In this document: positions 30,349-40,900 of the stretch, one piece after another | Layout: each line of letters opens with the position of its first letter | How positions within the stretch are numbered: the stretch's first letter is position 1 | Assembly: GCF_904830955.1 (NCBI RefSeq) | Contig: NZ_LR882970.1 | Source: Planktothrix tepida | GTDB lineage: Bacteria > Cyanobacteriota > Cyanobacteriia > Cyanobacteriales > Microcoleaceae | DNA: 64,000 bases | Strand: one strand, 5' to 3' | The notes under the pieces: model-generated | Databases searched by the model: none | What the model saw: the letters and a program-made list of their open reading frames with translations, nothing else | What the model was told of the DNA's origin: nothing | Translations under genes and position numbers: made by a program

Positions 30349-30382
30349 AGAAACCCGGTTTCTTTTAGAAACCGGGTTTCTG
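30349..30382. terminator. 33-bp near-perfect palindrome AGAAACCCGGTTTCT-TTT-AGAAACCGGGTTTCT between dnaK and dnaJ-like gene
   Basis: 15-bp stem, 3-nt loop possible; same 15-mer as at 16791/16825. Confidence 0.5.
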
Positions 30383-30420
30383 ACCACTTAATTATGAACT
30401 CGTTAACCTAAATTTAACCT

Positions 30421-31413
30421 ATGCAAAATTTTCGGAATTATTATCAAATTTTAGGGGTTTCGCGCGAAGCATCTGTTGATGAAATTAAGAAAGTGTATCG
30501 CAGACTAGCCAGACAATATCACCCGGACTTAAATCCTGGGGATAAGGAAGCAGAAGAAAAATTTAAAGATATTGGAGAAGCTTATAATATTTTATCTGAT
30601 CCTGAAAAACGATTAGAATATGATAATTATAGTCAATTTTGGAAACAAAAAGGGTTTCAAGATTGGCAAAAAAATGCGTTTTCAGGAATTAAAAACTGGG
30701 GAAGTCGTCGGACAATTTCTCAAACTGAAGATGTAGATTATGGAGATTATTCTGATTTTGATACCTTCATTGATCAATTATTAGGACGGCGGCGGGAAGT
30801 GCGAACCGTTGACCCGAAAAACTCCCCTCAAATGACCTCCACTGACCCCTATGATTCTCCTCGAACAAAAGCAGTTTATAAACCCACTCCCCGCGAAACA
30901 AAACGGGATATTGAGGCGCGATTAACCTTACCGTTAGAAAAAGCTTATACCGGAGGAACAGAACGCATCCGTTTAGAAGATGGACGGTCTTTAGAAGTGG
31001 ATTTACCCCCAGGAATGGTGAAGGGTCAACAAATCCGTTTGAGAAATCAAGGAATTAATGGGGGAGACTTATTTTTAAAAATTAATATTACTCCCCATCC
31101 CTTTTTTAGAATAGAAAAATCAGAAATTTATTGTCAAATTCCTGTCACTCCCACAGAAGCAGTATTAGGGGGAGAAATTGATGTTCCTACGTTAGATGGT
31201 TTGGTTAAAATGCGTTTACCTGCGGGGGTGGTATCGGGTCAACGGTTACGATTAGCCAATAAAGGTTATCCGAACATTGAAGGAGAACGGGGCGATCAAT
31301 TAATTGAAATTCAAGTGGTTATTCCTAAAAATATTACTCCTGAAGAACGAGAATTATATGAAAAATTACGTCAAATTGAAACCTTTAAACCCCGTCAAAA
31401 TTTAAAAATATAA
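30421..31413 (+). CDS. DnaJ-family co-chaperone, type II (J domain + C-terminal substrate-binding domains, no Zn-finger)
   Basis: YYQILGV...HPD J-domain; DnaJ_C-like beta domains; in operon with dnaK paralog. Confidence 0.85.
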   Translation: MQNFRNYYQILGVSREASVDEIKKVYRRLARQYHPDLNPGDKEAEEKFKDIGEAYNILSDPEKRLEYDNYSQFWKQKGFQDWQKNAFSGIKNWGSRRTISQTEDVDYGDYSDFDTFIDQLLGRRREVRTVDPKNSPQMTSTDPYDSPRTKAVYKPTPRETKRDIEARLTLPLEKAYTGGTERIRLEDGRSLEVDLPPGMVKGQQIRLRNQGINGGDLFLKINITPHPFFRIEKSEIYCQIPVTPTEAVLGGEIDVPTLDGLVKMRLPAGVVSGQRLRLANKGYPNIEGERGDQLIEIQVVIPKNITPEERELYEKLRQIETFKPRQNLKI

Positions 31414-31475
31414 CCCGTAGGGTGCGATAGCTGGCGGGGTTATCATCTCGTGAGGCATTCTACTCCTGTCTGGTG

Positions 31476-32219
31476 TTATAACGCGGTCATAACCTTCAAC
31501 AATTCTGCTGATAAATCAACATTTAAAGGATCTTCTTTTTTAAACAGAACCCCGGCTAAAAAGTAGATATTTTCAGAATAAAAGGCTTTCTGTTTTTTCT
31601 GAAGGTTTTCAATGGTTTGTTTAACTTTTGGTTCGCAACTATAGTAACCAAACTTTAACGGTGAAATCATAAAATCAACCACTTGATAACCCTGTGCTTG
31701 AGCATACTCAATAGTTTCTACCGGATTAGAATAAGCTGCAATCATTAATAAAACATTCTTACAACCCACTGTAAACAGCTTCTTTGTAATCGTAGCTCCA
31801 TCAATTCCTCCATACAAAGCAGGCATATATAAATCATTATCAGGTGCCGGAAGATAAGGAGGATTTGCAATTAAATAACTCGCGGAACCAGGGGAAGCAC
31901 TAAAAAAACATTCATTATGAATAATATACTTGTTTCTAAGCTGATATTGCTCAATAGTAGACCGAGCTAATTTACAAGCATCACTGTTTAATTCATAGCC
32001 ATGAATACAGCCTTTAAATCGAGTTTTAAGTAAACAATTAATGACAGGACTTCCTTCACCCGTCCCAAATTCAATAATTGAGTCAAAGGGTGTACATTGA
32101 TTTAATACCATTTTCTCAATACATTGAGAGTAAAATTGAGATTCTTCAGGACAGAAGAATACTTGATCAGGAGAATAAGATTCTGTAACTTGATTAGAAG
32201 GTAATAATCCGCTTTGCAT
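31476..32219 (-). CDS. SAM-dependent methyltransferase with NPPY motif (HemK/N6-amino-MTase-like)
   Basis: EFGTGEGSPV motif I, NPPY motif IV. Confidence 0.65.
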   Translation of the reverse strand: MQSGLLPSNQVTESYSPDQVFFCPEESQFYSQCIEKMVLNQCTPFDSIIEFGTGEGSPVINCLLKTRFKGCIHGYELNSDACKLARSTIEQYQLRNKYIIHNECFFSASPGSASYLIANPPYLPAPDNDLYMPALYGGIDGATITKKLFTVGCKNVLLMIAAYSNPVETIEYAQAQGYQVVDFMISPLKFGYYSCEPKVKQTIENLQKKQKAFYSENIYFLAGVLFKKEDPLNVDLSAELLKVMTAL

Positions 32220-32267
32220 GATGAATATTTAGAGATAAATGTTAATTGGAAATTGTTGAAAATTGAA

Positions 32268-33389
32268 TTAGGAATTGCTAACCGATTTTTCTGCTTGTTT
32301 AACCGCTTTAATCACGGCATCCCCAGCCCGATCGCCCATCCATTTTTCTTGGTCATAACCGAGTAGAATTTGCCAAGCATCATTCGGATATCGATCCACT
32401 AACGGTAATGCCACTTTGTCTAACATCCAGCGACCATGACGTTCATCTTCGCGGATATGTAATGCCCAATACCCCATTGCCGTATCTGAAAGTTTGAGTC
32501 GTTCTGCGGCTAATTTATAATCGGTATAAATGGCAGGGCCAGCAATTTCAAAATAAGTTAAGCCCCCGTTATAACGTAAGAAATAACGCTTGCATTCTGT
32601 TAGGAGAAAATTATGATTAATTGAGGCTAAAACTTCCCAAGGAACAATGTTAAAATAAGCTTCTGGCTCCGTCTCTAACCCCAATTCTGCCATCATTTGA
32701 GCAAAAAAGGTTGAATGTTTTCGATTGAGACGACCATTGCCATATTCTTCGAGTAATACTAAGATTAATGTGGCTTGAACTTCGTTACTCGCACCGCCCA
32801 AAATCCGCGACATTCGACTGGCTTCTACTAATCCATCTAAAGAAGCGATCGCTAATAAATGTTTATACCCTTCCAGGGTCATTTCGTGCCGCAAATAATA
32901 TTTATTTTCACTAATTGCTGGATTGAGATCAACCTCGCTCCGTTCATTTAACGCTTGCTTAATATCTTGTTGTTTGTATTCTTCCAAATCAAATTGGGCA
33001 TTTTCCCAAGTTTGCCAAACTTCCTCAATGCGATCGCGCACCCAGTTTAAATAATAAGACCGTTCGTTGCTATAGTGCTTTAAATCATCATACCAAAACA
33101 AATTCAGCCGATTAATTCGATAAAGAATGCGTTGTAAAAATAAATGGGCTAAATCAATCTCATTATTGTTAACTTTTTCGGTATAAGCCCTTAATAAAGC
33201 GGTATTGAGTGTGACTTCAAAAGGTTGTACTAATTCTGGCTTAATACTGATTTTTTGATCGAGATTTTCTAAATTTAGCAGTTGAATAAAGTGTTCTTCT
33301 GCCTCAATAAAATTAACGGATTGAGAAAGTGAAGGCAGATGGGTTGATATCCCTTTAATCACTTGATCGGGACTCAAAGTTGCTGTCAT
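32268..33389 (-). CDS. iron-containing redox enzyme family protein (heme-oxygenase-like fold, Haem_oxygenas_2/PqqC-CADD-like)
   Basis: EEYGNG motif and HIREDERH (E..H) motif typical of this fold; all-helical; assignment from memory. Confidence 0.5.
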   Translation of the reverse strand: MTATLSPDQVIKGISTHLPSLSQSVNFIEAEEHFIQLLNLENLDQKISIKPELVQPFEVTLNTALLRAYTEKVNNNEIDLAHLFLQRILYRINRLNLFWYDDLKHYSNERSYYLNWVRDRIEEVWQTWENAQFDLEEYKQQDIKQALNERSEVDLNPAISENKYYLRHEMTLEGYKHLLAIASLDGLVEASRMSRILGGASNEVQATLILVLLEEYGNGRLNRKHSTFFAQMMAELGLETEPEAYFNIVPWEVLASINHNFLLTECKRYFLRYNGGLTYFEIAGPAIYTDYKLAAERLKLSDTAMGYWALHIREDERHGRWMLDKVALPLVDRYPNDAWQILLGYDQEKWMGDRAGDAVIKAVKQAEKSVSNS

Positions 33390-33500
33390 ACGATAATTCC
33401 TAAATTCGAGATTATTTCCTAACGATTAATTCTGACCTGAGCCAAGTATTAAGATTTGTTTCGTTAGCTCATCTCACTATAATCAAGTTTCAGTTCTTCC

Positions 33501-33524
33501 ATGTTCTATCTATAGATAGAACAT
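33501..33524. promoter_or_regulatory. perfect 24-bp palindrome ATGTTCTATCTATAGATAGAACAT; candidate operator upstream of the 32268..33389 operon
   Basis: direct reading; ~110 bp upstream of minus-strand start codon. Confidence 0.35.
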
Positions 33525-33828
33525 CAAGGAATAGCCTAAAAATAAACGATTTCAGCAAGATATTTGATGAATTTTTAAGATTTAAAGATGTATCAATCTC
33601 TTTCTAAAGATAGTTGAATTAATCGACTTTATCCGCTATTTTAAGCTGAATTGATCGAGAAAGATTCAGTTTCGTTGCTAAAATTTTTATGTCGGAATTC
33701 TGGGACTGGCTTGGATTTTTAAGAAGAAAAAACCATAGGCTTGTTAGTAGGGGTTTATGATTATTGGTAGATTAATTAAGTTTAATTAGGGAGTGGTGCG
33801 TGCGCGGAGCTTACGCACCCTACGGTTG

Positions 33829-35151
33829 TTAGGTTGGGGGTTGGGTTAAACGTCGATAAACCGTTGCTAAACCATCGGAGTCTCCCACATTTCCAGGGAA
33901 TAAAACAACGGGTAAATTGGGGTATAAAGGATGGTTAGAAGAGGTTTTCACCATTGAACAACCTGCTAACACTTGACCGAGTAACCGTGCTGTTTTTAAC
34001 GCTAATCCTTTACTTAAAACATCATTAGAAGTAATCCCACCTTTACTAATTAAAAATCCAATATCTTTCGGTAAACCTCGAACAATATCCATGAGTAAAT
34101 CAGAGACTTTAATTCCAAAGGCTAACCGAGTTTCTACCGTGTCAAATTGTAATTCTTGACGACTGGTATAAATGACTGGGGTTTGACCCGCTTCATGAAT
34201 AGCCTTGATTTGGTCTAAAATTTGCTGTAAGAGTTCCTGTCTTTGAGTCTCACTTTCTTCTAATAAATGGGAAACATCCACTTCAATCCCCACAACTCCA
34301 GGTTCTTGTAATAATCGTTCTAATTGTTGAGTTGATTTTTTAACATGAGAACCCATAATCACTACACCCGGTTTTCCATTTCGGGTATATTTTGCCATTT
34401 CTTCTGCGGGAATGGGTTGATTTCCCAATGCAGCTAAAGACGTTAAAATACTCGCCGCGCTGCGGAATAAAAAGCGTTTTCCTTGACTAGCGGCGGTAAT
34501 AATATCCGAGGCGAATTGATCAAAATCGGCTTGAGTTTCACCATCGACAACCACACATTGATTGTCTGTTAAACGCATTAACCGAGGTAAGGTTCCTACC
34601 CGAATATCGGATAAAGAAAATCGTTCTACTTTTTCCGATGGAATCAAACCTTTGGTTTTTTCGGTGACATAATCGGGTAAATAACTATGTTGATAAGCAA
34701 AGACCGAATCCTTAGCAAATTCCGTTAAATGAACGGGGGTTTCTACACCATCAACGATTAAATAATGAATACTATTGCGGGTAATTCTTCCCCCTTCAAA
34801 AAACGCAGGAACTAGAAAATGAGCATCAAAGGGGCCAAGTTCCTCGGCGATAACATCGGTTTCGACAGGATAGTGACCCCGGAGAGTTGAATCAGAACGA
34901 CTCACCACCATAAAATCCGTAATGGATTCGGCGGCGAGGGCTAATTTTAAATTTTGGGTGACTTCACGGGTAACAGAAGCGGCTTGTTCGGGTGTTAAAG
35001 CTCTAGTATTGGTGAGAATAAAGGAAATCGGAGATTGGTCAGCCAGTCCAATTCGCAGAGTATCCACATCCCACTGAGTCAGCAATAAGCAACTATGAAC
35101 GGTTTGAGAACCTGTGGGGTCATCATCGAGAACAATAATTTTAGGTCGCAT
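33829..35151 (-). CDS. four-carbon acid sugar kinase family protein (OtnK/DUF1537-DUF4392)
   Basis: IVLDDDPTGSQ N-terminal motif and C-terminal SKGGITS; start at Met MRPKIIVLDDD (35151) preferred over 35259. Confidence 0.7.
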   Translation of the reverse strand: MRPKIIVLDDDPTGSQTVHSCLLLTQWDVDTLRIGLADQSPISFILTNTRALTPEQAASVTREVTQNLKLALAAESITDFMVVSRSDSTLRGHYPVETDVIAEELGPFDAHFLVPAFFEGGRITRNSIHYLIVDGVETPVHLTEFAKDSVFAYQHSYLPDYVTEKTKGLIPSEKVERFSLSDIRVGTLPRLMRLTDNQCVVVDGETQADFDQFASDIITAASQGKRFLFRSAASILTSLAALGNQPIPAEEMAKYTRNGKPGVVIMGSHVKKSTQQLERLLQEPGVVGIEVDVSHLLEESETQRQELLQQILDQIKAIHEAGQTPVIYTSRQELQFDTVETRLAFGIKVSDLLMDIVRGLPKDIGFLISKGGITSNDVLSKGLALKTARLLGQVLAGCSMVKTSSNHPLYPNLPVVLFPGNVGDSDGLATVYRRLTQPPT

Positions 35152-35418
35152 TGGAGTTCCCATCAAAATTGTGTTGAGGTTATTGGAGGATTTTTTGGAT
35201 ATTAAGAAAAGCCTACCATTGTTGACATCCTCTCCGCCGTGAACGGACAGAGATTCCATCTATTTAAGTTACAAAAATTGACAACTGCTTAAATTTTGGC
35301 GGGTTGACGCTTCTTTGGGTGCTGCTATCTTGAGATAGTCTTACGTTTCCTCCACGTCCGTTTAGAGTCTCCGTGCATCCCGCCGGCGACAGTTCCAGAT
35401 TACTTTGGTATCACCCTA

Positions 35419-36141
35419 TTAATATTGTTCAACTCCTGGGGGAGTAAAGCGAATTTCGATACGTCTTCTTGTTTCATCAGAAGCACGATTTTGCGACGCA
35501 TATTGTCCTGAAGGTAAAAATAATTGTGCGGCTGAATAAGCTCTAAATTTTAACCCCTTTAAACGACCTTGTTCTTGAATAGCTTGGAGTTTTTTAACAA
35601 CTGCTAAAGAGCGCATTAATCCTAAATCAGCATTGGAACCGGGTTTGAGATTTTTAACAGGTTGGTTCCCCTGTGCAACTTGTTCTAAGATTTGATCTAA
35701 ATTACTAGCAGGATTAAAGGTTTCTTGACCATCAGTATGTCCAATTACATCCACTACATAACCTTGATAAACTTTAGAAAATTCCTCTAATTTTTCCACC
35801 ACATTCCCTTCAATAAAAATTCGCAACCCTTCCGGTAAATCTGCCTTACCTGTCTCAAATTTTAAAGATCGCCCCTGTGCATCTCGATCAGAATCTTTAA
35901 TCACAATGACTGGTGGAGCTTTTAATCGTTCAATTTCGTTTTTTAATGAACCAACTGTTAATTCTAAGCCTTTAATTTTCTGATCTTTTTCTTTTGAATT
36001 AGAAGTTAATAACGATGATTTAACAATGGCTAACAATAAAAACAAGCTCATAATTAAAAAAGCATTAGACATTAAATCTGTAAATGCTTGCCAGACATTC
36101 AAATCTTCCGATGAATTTTTAATTTGAGTCGGACGACGCAT
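35419..36141 (-). CDS. MotB/OmpA-family protein (N-terminal TM with conserved Asp, C-terminal peptidoglycan-binding OmpA-like domain); ZorB-like
   Basis: WQAFTDLMSNAFLIMSLFLLL MotB plug/TM motif; C-terminal GHTD...RRRIEIRF OmpA_C signature. Confidence 0.8.
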   Translation of the reverse strand: MRRPTQIKNSSEDLNVWQAFTDLMSNAFLIMSLFLLLAIVKSSLLTSNSKEKDQKIKGLELTVGSLKNEIERLKAPPVIVIKDSDRDAQGRSLKFETGKADLPEGLRIFIEGNVVEKLEEFSKVYQGYVVDVIGHTDGQETFNPASNLDQILEQVAQGNQPVKNLKPGSNADLGLMRSLAVVKKLQAIQEQGRLKGLKFRAYSAAQLFLPSGQYASQNRASDETRRRIEIRFTPPGVEQY

Positions 36142-36275
36142 AATTTTAAACCTTTAATAATAATAATTACAAAACTTACCAACTTGTACCCAAGAAACCG
36201 GGTAACTAATATGAAAACCTGAACTCAGGATCAATCTCCTGATCTAGCCGAGAATCTCCAGCATCAGTCCTAAAT

Positions 36276-37847
36276 TTATTTACTTTCCCAAAATTTTGGT
36301 TTATTTTTCTTAATTCCCGGATTACCGCTTTGTTCTTTTAAGAGTTTAAGTACCTGAGATAAATCAGATTTCATCTCAATAATATACTTAATATTAGGTT
36401 TAATTGCTGCTTCTAATTTATCCGCTAAGACTTGTGAATAGGACTGACTACTATTTGTTTGTTCTTTAATGAGCTTATTCATCATTTTACTTAAAGATTC
36501 TAGTTCAAAATTCACTGTATTTGTATAACTATTAAGGGTTTTAACTAAGGTTTCTAATTGTTTATGAATACCTTCTAAATGATCGGATTTATCAATAAGT
36601 TTGTTTTGGATATTCTCTAACGTTTGAGAACTTAACTCCAAGCTTTTTCCTCCTTGTTGCAGTTGAGGAATAATTTCAACTAGGGATTGTTGATTAATTT
36701 GATTTAACTCTAAAACTTGTAAGGAACTTTGATTAAGTTCACTTAATTTTGTTTCCGTTTTTAATAACTGCTCTGTAAAGATCTGAAGTTGATTTAATAT
36801 TGTTTCCAAAGATTTAACCGTTTGAAATAAACCGAATGCTGAGTCAGAAAAATTCTTTTGATTCTCTCCAAAATCAGTAGCGATTATTGATAATTGTTTA
36901 GGAAATTCACTTTGTTCAAAACCTTGAGCAACTTGTTCTAATTTATCAGCCGTTGTGTTACTCACTTGTACCGCATTTGTAAAACTTTCTGTGGCGGTTT
37001 GAAACTCTCTAGCTCCCCTTTCTAACGTTCCTGTAGCATTGGATAATTGACTATAGACTTTTAGAGCTAATTCACTCGCTTCTACATTCGCTTTTGTAAT
37101 TTGATGAATATTATCTCTCATGGCAGATTCCACCGCATCTCTAACAGTAATACCAAATCGATCTAAAAAATCTTTAAATTCACTCGACATTCCTTTAACA
37201 ACTTTATCCAACCGAGTTTGACCATTTAAGGATGAATAATAAATATTATCGAGGTAATGTTCTAAAGAAACCGTTAAACGATATTTCGCTAGACTCGTAT
37301 TCCATAAAAAGTTTAAAACAGTTAATAATGCACTACACAATAACCCAGCTAAACTGGTAATAAAAGCGATCGCCATTCCTTCTAGGGGTTGTTTTAATTC
37401 CTCTACTAACTGACTAACATCCGTTGCTTGACTTTGACTAATAGTTTGACTCAAAGAACCCAAATTGACCGTAATTCCAATAAAGGTTCCAATTAATCCA
37501 AAAGCCAGGAGTAAATTCGGAATAATTCGACACCAATATTCAATTTGTTCGCAGGATTTCCCTAAAACCTTTTCTTGGCTGTAGGCTTGATCAATCAAAG
37601 CCGCCGTGTTCACTTGTTCTAAATTTTGGCTGGATTCTGCAAAACTCTGTTCTAAAACTTGTACAATCGCAGGCGGGAGTTCAAGCTCCCGTTTATTGAT
37701 AATCTGATAAATTTTATTCGCTTGAGTGGTTAAATGTTGATAAAGATTCCAGCGATAATAGAGGGTAATGATCGAGGGAATAAACACAAATATCCCGATC
37801 AAAATGATTAACAAAGGCGGTAAAGGAGGAAAAGAAGGAAACAACAT
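36276..37847 (-). CDS. MotA/TolQ/ExbB proton-channel family protein with ~330-aa C-terminal coiled-coil tail; ZorA-like
   Basis: AFGLIGTFIGI and MAIAFITSLAGLLCSALLTVLNF match MotA/ExbB TM2-TM3 signatures; residues ~200-523 heptad-rich Q/E/L/K. Confidence 0.75.
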   Translation of the reverse strand: MLFPSFPPLPPLLIILIGIFVFIPSIITLYYRWNLYQHLTTQANKIYQIINKRELELPPAIVQVLEQSFAESSQNLEQVNTAALIDQAYSQEKVLGKSCEQIEYWCRIIPNLLLAFGLIGTFIGITVNLGSLSQTISQSQATDVSQLVEELKQPLEGMAIAFITSLAGLLCSALLTVLNFLWNTSLAKYRLTVSLEHYLDNIYYSSLNGQTRLDKVVKGMSSEFKDFLDRFGITVRDAVESAMRDNIHQITKANVEASELALKVYSQLSNATGTLERGAREFQTATESFTNAVQVSNTTADKLEQVAQGFEQSEFPKQLSIIATDFGENQKNFSDSAFGLFQTVKSLETILNQLQIFTEQLLKTETKLSELNQSSLQVLELNQINQQSLVEIIPQLQQGGKSLELSSQTLENIQNKLIDKSDHLEGIHKQLETLVKTLNSYTNTVNFELESLSKMMNKLIKEQTNSSQSYSQVLADKLEAAIKPNIKYIIEMKSDLSQVLKLLKEQSGNPGIKKNKPKFWESK

Positions 37848-37909
37848 AAAATATCCTCAAGATTGAACATGAGCTTAGATTCAAATCAATGTAACTAAAT
37901 TAAAATGAG

Positions 37910-40900
37910 TTAACAACCATATTTCCGTAGAATTTCTTCTTTCTCAAATTCATATCCTTTTTGAGTAATGAACCCCTGATCTAATTTTTGTTTTAGCTGC
38001 CTTAATTTTGCCTCTAAACTGTCATCACTTTGGTTAAAATCTCTGGAATTTTCTCCACGCTTTACTAAAGCGGCAGAATCGTCATTAACCGATGTTGGTA
38101 AACTTCCAGTCTTAGTTAGACTTTCCTGAATTTTTCGACGAAAACGATTAATAACTCCTTCATGTCCTAAATTATTAATTGTACCCGGAGTCCCCACAAC
38201 CGTTGATTTATAAAGATAATTAGGATTAGATTCAGGTAAATTATCCACATAATCCACAAATTGCTGTAATCTGGGTAAATATTGACTTTTCCAGAGATCA
38301 GGATTTTGACGAATCTGATTAATTTCCTCCTCTAATAACTCGTTTAACGTTTTCGTCATTTCTCGGTGATTCGCTAGTTCTTCTAACGCTTGATTCCAAA
38401 TTGGGTTCAGTTCTGCTGTATAATAATAGTCTCGTAAATTATCGTAATATTGAAACTCTAAGCCTTGATTTTTAGGATTTTTAACAATTAACTGAAATGC
38501 TAAACAAGGATAGAAAACATCTTCCAATTCTTCCATGAGTCTAGCATCTGGGGGGATAATATCAGTAAAGGGGATCTGATAATCAGAATGACAAGTTGAG
38601 CCATCTTTATTTTGTTCTCGGATATAATGATTTCTGATTTCTTCTAAACCATTAATCAACCGTAAAGGAAACCCACCATATTCCCGAACAATTAAAATTT
38701 GATCTTCAGCTTGAGTCGGTTTTAAAGCCGTTGGGTCGATTCCCAAATCACGAGTCAGAGTCATTTTAAACTGATTTACTTCTACCTCATCGGTATCTTT
38801 AAATCCAATAAATTCTTTTCGTTTATCCGAAAGATTAGAAAAATAAGGATCACTCACATTTAAACGTAATAAAGGTTCTGCCTGCTCAATAATTTGTCCT
38901 AAACGGGTAGGACGAATTGACCCAGAATATTTTTGAATAAAACGCTTAATCACAGATTTAACAATTTGGTTACTCCGAGAACCAAATTCACCATCTATTT
39001 TTTGATCAATTTCTGTTTTCAGTTGCTCTCCAGTGGTACGATTAATTAAATAGCAGATCGATTCTCCTACCCCAGATGCCTCTGTAATATCTTTACTCAC
39101 TAACACCAATGCAGAGCGAAACTCTAAATCAGGTAATAAGGTTTGATAACATTCTTCAATATCTTCTTGAGCAAAAATAGCTTCTCCACTCATTTCATTA
39201 AAATTAGAATTTATCAGATCATTTTGTTCTTTCTCATAATTCGTTTTTAAATTTTCGATCATCCGGCTAAAGGTGGCAACTTCAGTCGAACAATCTCTAA
39301 CATACTTTTGCAAATCATTGACGATTTTTAATGTTTCTTGAGTTACTGCTAATTTGAAATTATGCTGAATTAACTGCATAATACTTTGAACAACGTTTCT
39401 CGCTAATCTCTGAATATCGGCATTTTTACGATTCAGTATGGGGAGTTCAATTCTTTGCTCTATCTCATCCATGTTCTGTTCTAAATCTCGCAATTTTTTC
39501 TCTAAGTCTTCATTTTTTTTCATTCCTTCCCCTTGACTAATTTCTTCCTCTAACTGACGTTGATAGGTGTTTAATTCTGTTTGCATCGCCTCTAACCAAT
39601 CACGAACACTTTTAGTCGAAAATTTGGGATTGCTAGGGGTCATTAATTCCTCAATAAATTCATTAATATGATTTTTCAATTGTTGAGCGATGAGCGGTTG
39701 TACCTGCATTAACCGAGTTAACCAAATTCCTCTTGTTGTTTCCGTTTCTCCCGGCAGAACTTTTCTGAACTGTTCTCGTAATTCTCGTAATAAGTTGTTT
39801 TTTAAACTGAGCCGATCTTCACTATTTCTACACTCATTAATTTTTTGAATTAATTTCTCTCTGAATTTAGTTAAGGTCGTAGAAAAGTTTTTGCTCCCTT
39901 CTTGAACGCCTCCAGCAAGTCGTTCTTTAAACCCATCCCGTTGGATTAAATCGCTATACCAATTATATTTAATCAAAAATTGTTCAATAATTAATTGAGG
40001 ATCGGGACTTTGACCTTCTCCATTTAACCAAAAATTAACCAATTTTAAACTAATTCGATTTAAGGCAATTTTTACGATAATTTCACGAGGAAAATAAATC
40101 GCAGCCAAGCCAAAGGTTAAATATCCTTGAGTATTAGGACGGGGATGATTATCCGATTGAATTAAATGGTTTAGTAAATTATCCCGCATTCCTTTAGCAA
40201 CAGGGGCTAATTCTCCGATAAAATCTAACGCGATTTTATGGGCAATTACATTACATAATTTTTGTTGTTCTAAGATTGTATATTCACCGTTCGTTTCATT
40301 AGAAATTAAATAAGTATAATCAAATGGGGCGCGAGGTTCCTGAACAATTACCAAATTTTGCATATCATAACAAGCTTCAAATCGAGTCCCCGCACTGCTA
40401 TAATAATTGAGTTCTTTTAAGGCTGCATAAGTATTAGCATTCATATAGGACGCATTGCTGTATAACTGTGGACTTACCACTAAATATCCGAGTAATTGCG
40501 TGCCTTTATCTCCATAGGATTTCCTTAAACTATAAGCAACATCTAAAAACATTCCGCTTCCTGTACCGCCACAGAGGGAACCAATCACAAAAATATTTAA
40601 TCCGGGTTCAAGTTTTAATCTGGCTTTCAGTAAGGTTGCTTCATGACCCATTGTCCGTTTTGCTGCGGTTTCAATGACAGTTTTGATCTTTTGATAATTA
40701 TGAAAAAACGCTAATCTTCCCACAGGTCGAATTCCTTTTGCTCCTTCTTCAACGGCTCTAATATTACGAAGTAATTGAGGCGGAAACCAGCGAGAAATAT
40801 GATCAAACGGCCCAGAACGATTGGATTTAGAACGCTGTTCTACACCTCGCACAAAATTGGTTACTTCTGCGGAAGTTAAAATGGCATTTACTTTTTCAGA

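Noticed and set aside
30073-30387. 104-aa minus ORF with His-rich stretch
   Set aside because: It is antisense to the dnaK C-terminus. The His run derives from the poly-Asp codons (GAT repeats read in reverse).
33795-33819. Hairpin GGTGCGT…ACGCACC next to kinase gene stop
   Set aside because: It has no adjacent U-tract on the minus strand. It is probably incidental GC-rich structure.
35419-37847. Canonical Zorya type I/II/III call
   Set aside because: No ZorC/ZorD (SNF2-nuclease), ZorE (HNH) or ZorF/G follows the MotB-like gene. The downstream gene is a sugar kinase. Only the ZorAB-like pair is present.
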